From Gekko japonicus (lineage: Eukaryota), in the NCBI RefSeq assembly GCF_001447785.1, contig NW_015164182.1:791525-855524 (forward strand): a DNA stretch of 64,000 nt, in the 5' to 3' direction. Of this stretch, positions 35,308 through 50,257 are shown one piece after another. Numbering within the stretch: position 1 is the first letter of the stretch; every line of letters begins with the position of its first letter. Position numbers and translations under genes: made by a program. The notes under the pieces were generated by a model. That model was not told the DNA's origin and made no database searches. It worked only from the letters and a program-made list of their open reading frames with translations.

Positions 35308-38300
35308 TAAGAACATAAGAAAAGCCAGTGTTGGATCAGGCCAATGGCCCATCTAGTCCAACACTCTGTCACACAGTGGCCAAAAAATACCAGGTGCCAT
35401 CAGGAGGTCCACCAGTGGGGCCAGGACACTAGAGGTCCTCCCACTGTTGCCCCCCCCCCCAAGCACCAAGAATACAGAGCATCACTTGCCCCAGCCTGAG
35501 AGTTCCTACCTATACCTTGTGGCTAATAACCACTGATGGACTTCTGCTCCATATGCTTATCTAATTTCCTCTTGAAGCTATCCATGCTTGTAGCTGCTGC
35601 CACCTCCTGTGGCAGTGAATTCCATGTGTTAATCACTCTTTGGGTGAAGAAGTACTTCCTTTTATCTGTTCTAACCGACTGCTCAGCAATTTCATTGAGT
35701 GCTCACGAGTTCTTGTATTGTGAGAAAGGGAGAAAAGTACTTCTTTCTCTACCTGCTCTATCCCATGCATAATCTTATAAACCTCAATCATGTCACCCCT
35801 CAGCCGTCGTTTCTCCAAGCTAAAGAGCCCCAAGCGCTTTAACCTTTCTTCATAGGGAAAGTGTTCCAACCCTTTTATCATTCTAGTTGCCCTTTTCTGC
35901 ACTTTTTCCAGTGCTATAATATCTTTTTTGAGGTGTGGCGACCAGAACTGTACACAGTACTGCAAATGAGGTCACACCATCAATTTATTCAGGGGCATTA
36001 TGATACTGGCTGATTTGTTTTCAATTCCCTTCCTAATAATCCCCAGCATAGTGTTGGCATTTTTTATTGCAGTCGCACATTGTCTCGACATTTTCAGTGA
36101 GTTATCTACTATGACTCCAAGATCTCTCTCTTGGTCAGTCTCTGCCAGTTTGGANNNNNNNNNNNNNNNNNNNCCATGAGCGTGTATTTATAGTTAGGAT
36201 TTTTGGCTCCAATGTGCATCACTTTGCACTTGGCCACATTGAACCCCATTTGCCCCACTGACGTCCACTCGCCCATCCTCAACAGATCCCTTTGGAGTGC
36301 CTTACAATCCTCCATGGTTCTCACCACCCTGAACAACTTCGTGTCATCTGCAAATTTAGCCACTTCACTGCTTACTCACAACTCCAAATCATTAATAAAC
36401 AAGTNNNNNNNNNNNNNNNNNNNNNNNNNNNNNNNNNNNNNNNNNNNNNNNNNNNNNNNNNNNNNNNNNNNNNNNNNNNNNNNNNNNNNNNNNNNNNNNN
36501 NNNNNNNNNNNNNNNNNNNNNNNNNNNNNNNNNNNNNNNNNNNNNNNNNNNNNNNNNNNNNNNNNNNNNNNNNNNNNNNNNNNNNNNNNNNNNNNNNNNN
36601 NNNNNNNNNNNNNNNNNNNNNNNNNNNNNNNNNNNNNNNNNNNNNNNNNNNNNNNNNNNNNNNNNNNNNNNNNNNNNNNNNNNNNNNNNNNNNNNNNNNN
36701 NNNNNNNNNNNNNNNNNNNNNNNNNNNNNNNNNNNNNNNNNNNNNNNNNNNNNNNNNNNNNNNNNNNNNNNNNNNNNNNNNNNNNNNNNNNNNNNNNNNN
36801 NNNNNNNNNNNNNNNNNNNNNNNNNNNNNNNNNNNNNNNNNNNAAAACACTAACAGGTTAGTGAGACAAGATCTTCCCTTACAGAACCCATACTGAGTCT
36901 GCCTCAATAGTTTTTGTTCATCTATGTGCCTACTAATTCTTTCCTTAATAACAGTTTCCACCAACTTACCCAGTATTGACGTCAGACAGACTGGCCTGTA
37001 ATTTCCCGGATCTCCTCTGGAACCCTTTTTAAAGATGGGAGTGATATTAGCTACCTTCCAGTCCTCAGGAATAGAGATAGCTTTTTATTAAAGATTACAT
37101 ATTTTTGTCAGGAGGTCCACCACATTTGAGTTGTTTCAGAACTCTTGGATGTATGCCATCTGGGCCTGGTGATTTATCAGTTTTTAAGTTGTCTATCAGT
37201 CGTAGGACCTCCTCTCTCGTCACCTCAATCTGACTCAGATCTTTCAACACCCCTCCCGAAATCAGTGGTTCTGGAGTGGGCAAGCACTTCTCATCTTCCA
37301 CAGTGAAGACAGAGGCAAAAATGTATTCAGATTCTCAGCCATTTCCCTATCATCCTTTAGTACTCCTTTTACCCCTTGGTCATCCAAGGGCCCCACTGCC
37401 TCCCTGGCTGGTTTCCTGCTTCTAATGCATTTGAAGAAAGTTTTATTGTTGGTCTTTATGTTTTTTGCTATATGCTCCTCATATTCCCTTTTTGCCTGCC
37501 TGATCACAGACTTGCATTTTATTTGCCACAGCCTGTGTTCCCTTTTATCAACCTCACTGAGACTAGTTTTCCACTGCTTAAAGGAATCCTTCTTACCTTT
37601 TACAGCTTCCATTACTTTTTTTGTTAACCATGCAGGCGTTTTTCTATACCTATTTGTGCCTTTCCTAACCTAACCTGTTTTAAATAGTTCTCCAAGCTTC
37701 CCCCATGGTTTTGACCCTTTCTACTTTTCTTTTCAGTTTCCTCCTCACATGTCCCCTCATTACAAAGAAGTTACCCCTTTTAAAGTTAGAAGTGGTTGTG
37801 TCAGTCTTTTTGGGAGACTCCCTATTTATACAAATGTTAAACTCAATAACATTATGGTCACTGTTCCCAAGCGGTGCAATAATTTTTACATCTCTCACTA
37901 GGTCTTGGGCGTTACTTAGGACCAAATCCAGGATTGCCTCTCCCCTGGTAGGTTCTGTGACCATCTGTTCCATAGCACAGTTGAGAGTGTCTAGAAACTC
38001 AATCTCTTTTTTCCAACTTGAACACATATTGACCCAATCAATGTGTGGGTCGTTAAAATCACCTATTACGACACAGTTATTTCGTCTAGCCACTATCTTT
38101 AATTCATTCATCATTTTATAATCCTCCTCTATCTTTTGATCTGGTGGGTGATAACAAACTCCCAGTGTTAAGCTTCCTTTTGGGCCCACTATTTCAACCC
38201 ATAGCATTTCCAGAAGCGAATACAATTCTCTTACCCTCTCAGTCTTACTGGATTGCATACCCTCTCTGACATACAGAGAATTGAGGATACACCCCACCTC

Positions 38301-38725
38301 CAACCCTTCCGATATAATTTATAACCAGGAATCACCGTATCCCACTGATTTTCTTCATCCCACCAAGTTTCTGAAATACCCACAATGTCTATTCCCCCCC
38401 AACATCAAGCATTCCAATTTCCCTATTTTACCTCAGATACATCTAGCATTTGTGTATAAACACCTATAGTTTCCCATGCATGTTAAGCCCACAACCTTCC
38501 TCTTGCTGCCTCGAGACCTAGCCAAGCAGTCCATATCGTTAGCCACAGTCTCAGTGGACAATTCTAATCCATTCACTTGTAGAAAAGTAACAGCTACCCC
38601 TTCATCTCTATGAGATGAGCCATCCCAAACCAGAGACTTTTAATCTCCTGTCAGCTTTCCCCCAATATTCAGTTTAAAAATTGCTCTGCCACCTTTTTGA
38701 TTTTAAGCACCAGCAGCCTGGTTCC
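35308..38725 (-). mobile_element. CR1 LINE, near-complete ORF2 (APE endonuclease + RT), decayed, with two gaps
   Basis: ORF 37680-38303 has GDFN and SDHN; KSPGPDGIHPRVL; KFADDTKL; YCVQFWSP...LEKVQKRAT; (TTCTTATG)-type 3' tail at 35308-35320. Confidence 0.95.
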
Positions 38726-39461
38726 TTCTCGGGACAAGTAGAGACCTGTCTTCAGATAGGTTCCAACCCTCCACACTGCCAGATCAGGCTGGCTCGCACA
38801 GGCTGTGGGGTCAAAGGAACGTCAGCCTCAGGACCAGCAAGAACCACGCAAAGAAGCCAGCGGGCTCCCTTCTTGGAAGAACTCTCTTCCCTGTGGAAGA
38901 AACATGTCTATTAAATATTTAATCCCTGGGTAAGACTTTTCTTCTTTCATTTGCAATAATCTTGCTGGAGACAGATGGTGCCCTGGTGGCCTAGATAGCT
39001 AGTGGGAGGCCTCTGTGCTATGGGGACAGCGCAACACTGTACCAGGAACAGAAGCCTGGGAAAGGGCTTTGCAAGCCTTGGAGGATGCAACACTCCCTCC
39101 CACCCCCAAATCTGACAAGGTGAGGATTTGGCCAAGACTGAGATGTGACCAAAACAAAGGGGGCAGGGGAGTGCCCTTTCCTCATCAGATGTCCAACAAG
39201 GGAAGTGCAGGCAGGGAAGAAAGGCCAGTGGAATCAGTGGGCCAGTGGCGAAAAGGAGTGCAGCTGTGTGAAGAGTCCTCTCTATTCCCTTTGGGCTGGC
39301 GGTCAACAAGGGTCAGCAGCTCCAGTTTCGGGAACACACAAAGAAACATGAAGATGAGGACTGGGACAAGATTCGAGACCGGTAGCACCTTAAAGACCAA
39401 CAGGAGTTCTGAGGTATACATGTTTAAGAGTCAAAGCTCCATTTGTCAGATTCCATGACTG

Positions 39462-39532
39462 GGACAAAAAGAGAAAGGCATGGAGGGAACAGGATGAGAC
39501 AAAAAGAGAAAGGCATGGAGGGAACAGGATGA
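39462..39532 (+). repeat. Tandem duplication of a ~35-bp unit
   Basis: GACAAAAAGAGAAAGGCATGGAGGGAACAGGATGA occurs twice head-to-tail. Confidence 0.9.
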
Positions 39533-41245
39533 AGAATATGAACAGCCCAAAACAGAACGACTGCAATGCAAAAATCATCACCCACAGAACTATGACTGCC
39601 CTGCTCGGCCAAGCCCTTCTCTGCTTGTACTGGGTTCCTGGTGGAAGAAGAGGGACAGGTGTTTAATTTGAGCAAGAGCTCCCTAAAGCTGAGCCCCAGA
39701 AACTTTCAGCAGCCAGAGGTGGTCCCCTAAAGCCGCTACGAAGCACACTTGTTCCTCTGAGTACGTGCAGAGTCACTTTCACCACCAGTCCTGAACTGTT
39801 TCTATGTCATCTCTACTGTTCCCACCTGGTATTTCTGTTTCAGGGGAGAGAGGTGTGGATGCCAGCCAGCTATGTCCAAAAATGTTAGGCAACCCGCTGA
39901 CCCAGAAGTGGGGCTGTTGCTGATTAAAGAGGGACTCATCAGCCTCTCTCACCATTTCCACAGCAAATATCCAGGAAAAACACAACCCGGCCCTTGGATA
40001 GCGAGGTGAGACACACTTGCTGCCGGCCAATTAAATGGCAGCGTATGCCAGCCTGCCAGGCTTGGAGGCCTTGACACGTCCCATGGACCTGATGCTTGCC
40101 AACAGTCATGGTTACTCCAGTCCTGGCTACCACATCTCACGTGAGGCGGCCTTATTCTGTATCAGACCATTGGTCTATCAGCATCAGGATTGTCTACTCC
40201 TGTCTGGAGTGGCAGCAACTCCAGGGCCTCAGACTGAGGTCTTTCTTGTCACCTACTGCCTGGTCCTTTTAACTGGAGATGGCAGGGACTGGACCCGGGA
40301 CCTTTTGCATGCCAAGCAGAGGCTCTTCTACTGATCCATGGCCCCTCTCCTTCAACTGTAGGGAGACAGTGGCTGAGTTGGTGGGAATGTGGGGGCTGCA
40401 AGAACGCAGAAAGGTCTGGCCACAGAAGAGGCTGAAGCTCAGAACATGTGTTGCATGGGGGCGAGGTGGAGGCAGTGTATCTTTTGAAGATAAGCATTCT
40501 CGTTCACAACAAACAGCCACCAAAAAACCTATCCTCCAGGAATTCATCTCATCCTTTTAAGTCCCACTCCTGCCAGTGGCCACCATGCTGCAGTGATATC
40601 CCCCAATTAATGAGGAGGCTCTGGTTTGCCCTCTATTCACGACCAATCAATTGCACTGCAATCCAATCTGTACACGCTCCCTATCATGTGGGCGGCTGCT
40701 TACAATAGGACAATACAGGCCATCTCAAGTTCTGCAGCTGCAGCCCCCCAGGGACCTGCTGGCATTCCTCTTCCTGCCCTACCCAGAGCTTCCAATCATA
40801 ACTGTGGCGATGGCCATGCAGTGTGACTTGGCACATGAAGCTGTGCATTGGTTTGCTCTTGTCTGCCACTCTGTACCCATCTTTATTTTACAACCCTATG
40901 TTAAATCTCCCCACCTAGGATTTTTTTTCTAAGCTACAAAGCCATTTCTTCCTAAAAATATCTCCTACCCTCAACCAAACCTCAATCATGTTAAATTGCT
41001 CTTTCCTCAACCTTCTGCAGCCCTGTGAAACCTGGAAGCTTGGTTGGACGGGGACTTCCCTACCTCTGCTGTATACATTACTCTACGGTGCACTGTGGTC
41101 TCCTGGAGCAGGAATACTTCTCAAGTATTCACACTGCTGCTCCTAGAATTGATCCATCCAACAGTCAGTTCTGTTCCCTGGTTGCAGAGATAGGGGAGGA
41201 AGGAATGGAATGCAGAAAGGACAGCAGAGCTAAGATCGCAAGGAA

Positions 41246-44200
41246 AAACAGGTTGCTTACCTGTAACTGATGATCTTCGAGTGGTCATCTGTGCATTCAC
41301 ACCCATGGGATCTAGTGCGCATGCGCGGGGTCGATCGGCATTGTAGCAAGCTCTTAACGGATTTTCGCACCCAGACCTTGGGCATGCGCAGGAACCCCAC
41401 CGCGCATGCCCAGAGGGGTGGGCACGGACATCCCGCCAGTTCCTTCAAACTGCCGCAAATCAACCTCTATGAAAAATGTAGAAGCTGACAGCAGTGGGGA
41501 AGGAGGGCGGGTGGTGTGAATGCACAGATGACCACTCGAAGATCATCAGTTACAGGTAAGCAACCTGTTTATCTTCGACGTGGTCTCTGTGCTTCACACC
41601 CATGGGAGATTAGCAAGCAGTGGCCTACCTGGAGGAGGGTGCTGGCAGGTCCTTACTGCGTAGCCAAAGATAAGATGTGACGTCCCATGTTGGTACTAGA
41701 GTTCTTTCGGACGTCTAGGGCATAGTGCCTTATGAAGGTGTTAGGCGTAGCCCACGTAGCAGTTTTGCAAATGTCTGTCAGGGGAACTCCCTGGAGGAAG
41801 GCAGTGGAAGCTGCAAAAGCTCGGGTTGAATGGGCCCTGATCAGTGTTCCCTCTAAGCTGAGTTAGTGTGAGCTAGCTCACAGTTTTTTTAGCCTCCGGC
41901 TCACAGATTTTTGTCTTGGCTCAGGAAGGATGGCTCCAGAACACACTAATTTATGCAGTAGCCAAATCACCTGCTCACAACTTTAATGCCAGTAGCTCAC
42001 AAAGTAGAATTTTTGCTCACAGGACTCTACAGCTTAGAGGGAACATTGGCCCTGATAGGGCCAGGCAATGGCTGTTTGGCGATCAGGTAGCAGAGGCGGA
42101 TGAGCCCCGCAATCCACTTTGAGAGGTGCTGAGCCGTGATGCGAGTCCCCAGCCTTGCTGGTGCGTACGAGATGAACAGTTGGGTGTCATGTCTCGCTGG
42201 GCGGGTTCTGTTCAGGTAGAACAGGAGTGCACGTTTCACATCCAGGGTGTGTAACAGTCTGTCCTCTGAGGATGTTGGAGCCGGGAAGAAATCTGGGAAT
42301 AGGTGGAATTCTGACGCTACCTTTGGCAGGAACGAGATATCAGGTACGAGGCGGACACCATCTGGCAAAAAGGACAAGTTAGGCGTGTCATGTCTGAAAG
42401 CCAGTATTTCTCCAACTCGCCTCGCAGAGGTGACAGCAACCAGAAAGGCCATCTTCCACGACAGGAATTTTAGGTCGCAAGTTGCGAGTGGCTCAAAGGG
42501 TTTCCTTGTGAGCTGACGAAGAACTAGAGGAAGGTCCCAGGGAACGACAGTTTTGATGGGAGGGTATAGGTGCAACAGTCCCTTCAAGAAACGTTTTGAA
42601 AGTGGATGCGAAAACAGTGTGCACCCCTCAACTTTATTTATTTAAACACTTGAACATGGTGGGCCGAAAGTGTAGCCAAATAAACTCTTAACGAGGAGTG
42701 AGAGAGTCCCGAGTCAGCAAGGGATAGGAGGAATTGGAAAACTTTCTCGAGACCCACGGAAGTGGCTCGAGGGATGTCGTCACCCAAATAGGAATGGGAT
42801 TTTTGCCATTTGTAATGGTAGGACTTTCGCGTAGTGGGTTTTCTGGCGTTCAGCAAAACGTTTGCTATGCGGGTGGATAAGCTGTTGACGCTATTCTCCA
42901 GGCTGTCAACTTTATCCGTGGCACGTCGTGGTACAGGAGAGGGGATTCAGACAGGAAGAGAAGGTCCTGTGCCGGAGGAAATTGGTGGTAGACCCCTGCT
43001 GACAATTCGAGTATGGTTGAGAACCATGGTTGCCTCGGCCACCACGGGGTTATCAGGATGCAGTCCGCTCCGTCGCTGATAGATTTTGCGGACCACTCTC
43101 AGAAGCAAGGGTAGTGGAGGAAAGAGGTAGAGAAGTTCCCTGGACCAGGGATAGAGGAGACCGTCCCCAAGAGACTGTGGGTCCCTGCTGCCTCGGCTGC
43201 AGAACAGAGGACACTTTTTGTTGGCTCTGGTGGCACAAACATCGACTTGGGGAACTCCCCACCTGCAGAAGAGTGGTAGAAGGTAGGTTGGGTTCATTTC
43301 CCACTCGTGGAGACTGAGTCCTGCTTGACTTAGATGGTCTGCCTGCACATTCATGTGTCCTGGGATGTGCATGGCTACCAAGAAGACGTCGTGGGCGATG
43401 CAAAGGTCCCATAACTGGATGGCAAGGTTGCAAAGGCGTAGGGAGACCGTACCTCCTTGCTTGTTGACATAACTGAGTGCAGTGGTGTTGTCCGTGAGGA
43501 CCGTAACACATTTCCCCTAGGAAACTCGTGACAGCAAACTGTATTGCAAGCAGTTCCAGGAAGTTTATGTGCCGTTTTTGTTCGTGAGTGTTCCACTTGG
43601 CTCCGACACAAAGACCTATCATGTGGGCACCCCAGCCCGACAGGGAGGCATCCGTGGTTAGGGTGATTTGGGGTGATGGATGTTGGAAAGGTGCTCCCTG
43701 GAAGAGATTGGGACAGTCCATCAAAGTAAAGAGACTAGTATGTTGGGAGGAGGGGTTAGGATGGTGGTATGTGCGTTTTCTGTTGGGTTGTACTTGCGGA
43801 TAAACCACAGTTGTAGGCAATGCATTCTTACTCTGGCAAAGACCAGGACCGACGTAGTTGCGGCCATAAGGCCAAGTAGTCTCTGTACTTGGAATGGGTC
43901 ATTCTCTTGACGATGGAATGACCTGGGGGTTGGGAGGACGACTGAGTTCTGGATTATGGTGGGAAGGATCATTGGCCGGAGGACGAGACAGAGATGCTGA
44001 AGGTCTAGATCTGTAGGGCAACCTTGACATGTGGGCAGAGTGGGTCAAGTAACGATCCCAGTCAGAATAGCCCGCCGGAGTCAACCACAGCATAGATGGT
44101 GGATAGCCCCCATAGAGATACCTCAGTTGGCGTAGGTCCCAAGACAGAGGTGGTGGTGGGGGTAGAAAGACGTGGGGGGAATTGACTTCTGGATCAGGTA

Positions 44201-45395
44201 CGTCTCGGAGACAAAGCAGTAGCTCGCCTTTGAGTGCAGTCCCTATAAACTCGGTCATCAATATCGACAGGTTCAAGAAGCAGACGTGGAGGGTGACGCT
44301 GCATGCCATTAGACACATGTCGATTCCGACGTGAATCGATGTCGGGAGCCTCTGACACCGTTGATGTCGACGACGGGAAAGGAGAGGAAGAAGGCTCTGC
44401 ATCCATGGGACGACTAAGGAGCCCCACCGTCTCAATATCGGAGTAAGGACGCTCCAGCTGTTGTATAGGGGAGTCCAGGAGCTGAATGGTCGGTATCGGC
44501 AGAGCGGCATGGACCTCCGATGCCGATACTGCCGTTGGAGCGGGAGGCACTTTAGGGGCATCACCCAGTGCAGACACCGCTACCTTCCCCTTCTTTGCTG
44601 CCTTTAGGGACTTAGAGGAGCCCTTTTTTGCGGACTTATGCTCCTTACTTGACTTGGCCCTCTTCCTCACCGGAGTGGAAGCGGACGATTGTGCCTTTGA
44701 TGCCGGTGGTTTCGGTGTCGGTTGGCCGATGTTGGAGGAGGGCCTCGATGCCAGAGCCGTCAAAGTTGATGGTCTCTCGGACTCCATCACTGAAGGAGGA
44801 TATAACGCCGACTCAAGTAGCGCCACTTTGAGGCGCGCAGCTTGGTTTTTTCGTGTCTGGTTCGAAAACCTAGCACAGGTGAGACTCTCCCAAACAAAAA
44901 ATATAGAGGGTGTGGCAGTCAGGAGGAGCGAGTTTACTGCCGCAGCCCTTGCAGCGGTTAAAAAATCCCCACTTTTTCTCCATAAAAAATAAAGAACGGA
45001 GGAAAAGAAGGGGGGTGGGGGGGGTGCCCGAAGGCCAAACTGAGGCAACTGGCAACTTCCCCCTCAGGAAGAAACAAACAAAATTTTTTTTTTTTAAGAA
45101 CAAACGAAGAAGACTAAGAAGAAAAAAGAAACTGAGGAAAAAATCCAAAGAGTCGTGAGGGCAAATAGCCCAAAAAGCGAACCGATCAGACCAACGAGGA
45201 AAAGGTCTTTCCAACGCGGCGGTAAGGAACTGGCGGGATGTCCGCGCCCACCCCTCTGGGCATGCGCGGTGGGGTTCCTGCGCATGCCCGAGGTCTGGGC
45301 GCGAAAATCCGTTAAGAGCTTGCTACAATGGCGATCGATCCAGCACGTGCGCACTAGATCCCATGGGTGTGAAGCACAGAGACCACGTCGAAGAT
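41246..45395 (-). mobile_element. DIRS1-like retrotransposon (DIRS-2) with both ITRs and ICR; RT deleted
   Basis: ITRs ~41246-41445 and ~45224-45395; ICR ~41514-41608 joins both termini (CAACCTGTTT|ATCTTCGACG); gag 44990-44194 with a Cys/His N-terminus; RNase H TTDASLSGWGAH; methyltransferase-like domain 42947-43381; YR 41650-42880 (VTSARRVGE, AHSTRA). Confidence 0.93.
41842..42048 (+). mobile_element. hAT-type MITE family A inserted in the DIRS-2 recombinase
   Basis: Same TIRs as 409-614; 8-bp TSD GCCCTGAT (41834-41841, 42049-42056). Confidence 0.92.
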
Positions 45396-46358
45396 CATCC
45401 TTGTTCACGCTCTTCAGTTGCTTCCACATGGAGGTTTTGGTCCATGTTCCCCAAAAAACTGCACTGGCGCTTGGGGGACGGGGGCTTCTACACATCATTG
45501 CTGTGCAATCATTCACCTTCTGGGTGTCCCCTGGCTCCGTTGTGCAGTTTCTCAATCCAGCTTTGGTACACTCTTCCCTGAAAAATTGTACTAAAGTTGA
45601 CTTGGTTACAGTGTGAAGGTGTAGATTTCCACACCTTGCCACATCTGGCAGCATCCCTTCTCTCCACCACCAGCTAACTTTTTGCTGGTTTTTTAAAGAA
45701 AAATTGGTAGTTGGTATATTGCTATAGCATGATAAGACTATAGTTACATCCCTAGCACTGTATTTTTTAAAAAACCCCAAAACCCTGCTGCTGGCAAAGG
45801 GTCTGAATGGCAGGTGCCCAGGGGGAACACAAATACCTTCATCTGGAGGCACAATGGTGAATCACCTCCACATGAAAGCAACCTTAGTGATGCTAGGTCT
45901 TGTATGCCCTTTAAGATCAGGTGCAGCTAGAAATTAAACCCAAATTAAAGACCACCCCCACCCCCTACAACAGCCAGTAGCTATAGTCACGTCGGCAGGT
46001 GTAATACAAAAGCCACAGATCTCTCTTCTTGCTTGTCACTTAATAAGCCAGACCAACAGCAGTTGGGAGTACAAAAATAAGGTATTTTTACAATTGTATC
46101 AGTTATCAAACCAACAAAGAAACAAAAGCAGTGGTAAAAAAAGTTACAAAGTGCAGGACCGGCCCGACTGCACACCCTTTGAGAATGCGCCCCAGCATCC
46201 CCCACAAGGCAGCAAGGCTTTCTGGGGCAGGTTTCTCAGGCTGAGCGGAACAGACCCTGGCACAACAGGCAGCACAAACGTCGCTGACTGCCTCCGACAC
46301 AGCTCTGGGGCCGCCTTCTCTCTCCTTTTGTGTTTATACCCCAGTAAGTGTCATGCAT

Positions 46359-46664
<306 letters not shown>

Positions 46665-46839
46665 TTACAAATCTGAGTTTCTTACCCAATAAATAAATAA
46701 ATGTTTATAAATGAAAAGGGGTTCTATGGAATGCACAGAGTTCTGAGCATTGATAGCGAAACCCCCAGAATGTCTTCTAACCTTCTTTTCTTACTGTCTG
46801 GGGCATACCCTGGAGTTGCTCAGATGGCTCTCAGGTGGT

Positions 46840-47410
46840 CTTTTATTTATTTATTGAATTTTTACCCCGCCCTCCCAGCCGAGGCCGTCTCAGGGTGGCT
46901 TACACAAAAACAACACATAATTACAATAAAGCATTAAATATAAATTAGATTAAAACAACTCTAAAACCCTTTAAACCACACAATATAGTAAAGTGATAGT
47001 GGCATTAATTTAATAATGGCTGCTGTTATTCAGTTCTCTCGTCTCAAAGTCTGATCTTCTTTAATTCTCCTTTCGGCGGCTGGCTCAGGCTGTTGTTGGA
47101 GTTCCAAGAGAAAACAGGGCTCTCTAACCTCAGCAGTTCTTAATGGTAGTGGCAGCTCCAAAAGCCTGGTGGAAGAACTCCGTTTTACAGGCCCTACGGA
47201 ACTACAAAAGATCCTGCAGGGCCCTGATCTCCTCTGGGAGCTCGTTCCACCAGAGAGAAGCTGCCACTGAGAAAGCCCTGGCCCTGGTTACTGCCAGCCG
47301 GGCCTCCTTAAGACCCGGGAGGGCCAGTCTGTTCTGAGCCGCTGATCACAGTGCTCTCTGGGGTACATGTGGGGAAAGGCGGTCCCTCGGGTATGTAGGA
47401 CCCTGATCAT
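46840..47410 (-). mobile_element. L2-clade LINE 3' end, followed by a hAT MITE fragment (~47416-47755)
   Basis: Reverse complement resembles 10650-10937 (ARAFSVAA..WNEL); (TAAA)n tail at ~46840-46855. Confidence 0.75.
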
Positions 47411-47892
47411 GTAGGGCAGGGGTGGCCAAACTGTGGCTTGGGAGCCACGTGCGGCTCTTTCACACATATTGTGCGGCTCCCGGCAGGGCAGCTGGGGAAG
47501 CAAAAAGGAGGCATGCCTCCCTAGCTGGGCTTCCCTTCCCTAGCCAGTGTTTCCCTCCCTGGGTAGGCTTGAGGTGTGGGGGGGGGGAGCAGAGAAAGAG
47601 AGCAACTTAAACTTTAAATGCATTCTCAAAGCCCCCCCCCCCCGCCAACTTGGAGAAGGCATTTGTCTCTTTAAATCCCTTCTCCAAGCCAAGCCAGCTG
47701 GCGTGAGGGTCGCTTGGAGGATACTTTCAAATGTTACAGTTGCTTTCTTTCCACCTGTCAGACCCTTGAGTCAATCCACTCTCAGCCTAATAGTCTTTTC
47801 ATGAATGTACAGCAGGAGCCAGAGACACACTTTTCAGGAAGCTCTGCTCCCTGCAGTGATGTTCAGGAAGCAACCTGAGGCACACGTGCCTA

Positions 47893-48138
<246 letters not shown>

Positions 48139-49975
48139 CTACCCCACCATGTTCCCAAGGGTGGGTACAGAGGAACAGAAGACTAATTCAGTGAGCTTTT
48201 GCTCATGCAAGGGTTAACCATCTTTAAAAGGGGACTGTTCCAAATATTTGCTCAGATACTTATGTGCAGTTTGAGTGAGCATGACAGATAAGATTTAAAA
48301 AAATCTGAGCGCCTTGAACCTGTCTCGATATGAAGGCTGTTCTAAATGAGACAATAACTTTGCCAAGGCAGACAAGGAACAGCAGGGAATCAGCGACAAT
48401 TAACAAAATGCTGTCTCAAGGGCATCTAGAGAGGAAGTTTGTCCAGGACTGCCAGCTCTTTACTGCTACCAGGCCTATTGCACAAAACATGCTGGCAGGG
48501 GCTCTGGGCTCAGGTGGCTTTAAAAAAGGACTAGAAAAATCCATGGAGGACAGCTCTATCCACAAGCATTAGCAATGATCATCCAGCACACCCTCGGGTT
48601 CAGAGGCATTGTTTGGTGCCTCTTTAAGCCAGCTTGATGGGAATGAACAATGCAGGAGAGCTTCTGTACTCTGGCTTCCCAGAAGCACTTGGCTAACCAA
48701 AGGTTTGTACAAAAATCTGGAATGTCTAGAAATGTTATATCTACAGAAAAAGGGGGGGTGAATTATATGCAACACCTACTTATCATTGCTAAACATATTT
48801 CACTACTTTAAGAACATAAAATGCATAATTTAGAACGTAGCATATGAAACTGCACTATTTGGTGTATTTCATGAATGTAAAGGTATGAAAAGCCTTAGTT
48901 TCCCAAAAGCAAAATTGTGACTTTACAGAGTCCTTGACAGAGAGAGCGCTGTGAAGTGCTGTGGGCTAAATTAGTCACATTCGAACAACACACTTTAGAA
49001 AGTATGCTGTTTTTGTTATTACTATTTTCCATAAATATTGCTAACATATATAGTGTTAAAAGTATGGTTTATGTGTCCACATTATGCACCAAGAATAATT
49101 CTCTAATACTGCAGATTGTCTTACATAAGCATCTGCATTTTAAGTAAACCCTTCCCTTTAAAAAAGCATTTCACTCATTCCAGAAGCGAAATCAATGCAT
49201 ATTTTTAATGCTCCCCAAAACTGGGGAGAAAAAATCCACAGAGAAAAAAAAAAATTCTCCTCTGAGTTTTTCAGTTCCCCCCCACCTAGGTTCACAACCT
49301 CTCTTTTCATTTAACATGTGTCAGACGGCTTTTTAAATGGGCAATACAAAGTGGGGCCAACACAAAGGCTGGCACGTAGACCACTCTACTCTCCATCAGT
49401 TCTGATTTAAGAGTGACAGCTCCATATTGCCGCCCCCCCCCCAGTGAATTCAGCTTTCAATTCACACCTTGAAAGTGTACCCAAGGCACAGGGAAAGGAG
49501 CAAAGAAACTGCTATTCTAAAATATATGCAGATGGCACAGACCAGGGAGTTTCAAATGGTATGTTCTTTGGAGGCTTATCAAGAGTTGCCACCATGAAGA
49601 GACCAGCAACACTAAGCTGACTTTCCTGTTCTCCATACCCTGTGCAGTTGCCAAGGTGAACTGGCTGTCTTTTGAGGACATGCATTAGGATGCAAGACTC
49701 AATGAGTCTAGCCAGAATCCCACATGAACAGAGGTCGCAACGTAGAATGCAATGCAGGGGGGTTCTGAGGCAGACAAGCTGATGTACAAAGAGTTCTCTA
49801 TAAGAACCACCTTTGAAAAACTAAAACCCCAACAAATAACAATAACAAAGGATACTTGTCTGCCAAGCAATACAACGAAGGGCCCATCTGCTCCATGAGA
49901 AAATCTGACACCTGAAGTAAGGTTTCAAAAGAGATGACGGCCAGCTCGGTCTGTGTGTTACCAGCAGGTGACTTA

Positions 49976-50257
<282 letters not shown>

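Noticed and set aside
45094-45852. 252-aa minus ORF and an exon-like segment at ~45519-45579
   Set aside because: The ORF runs through a DIRS ITR; no recognisable protein or partner exons.
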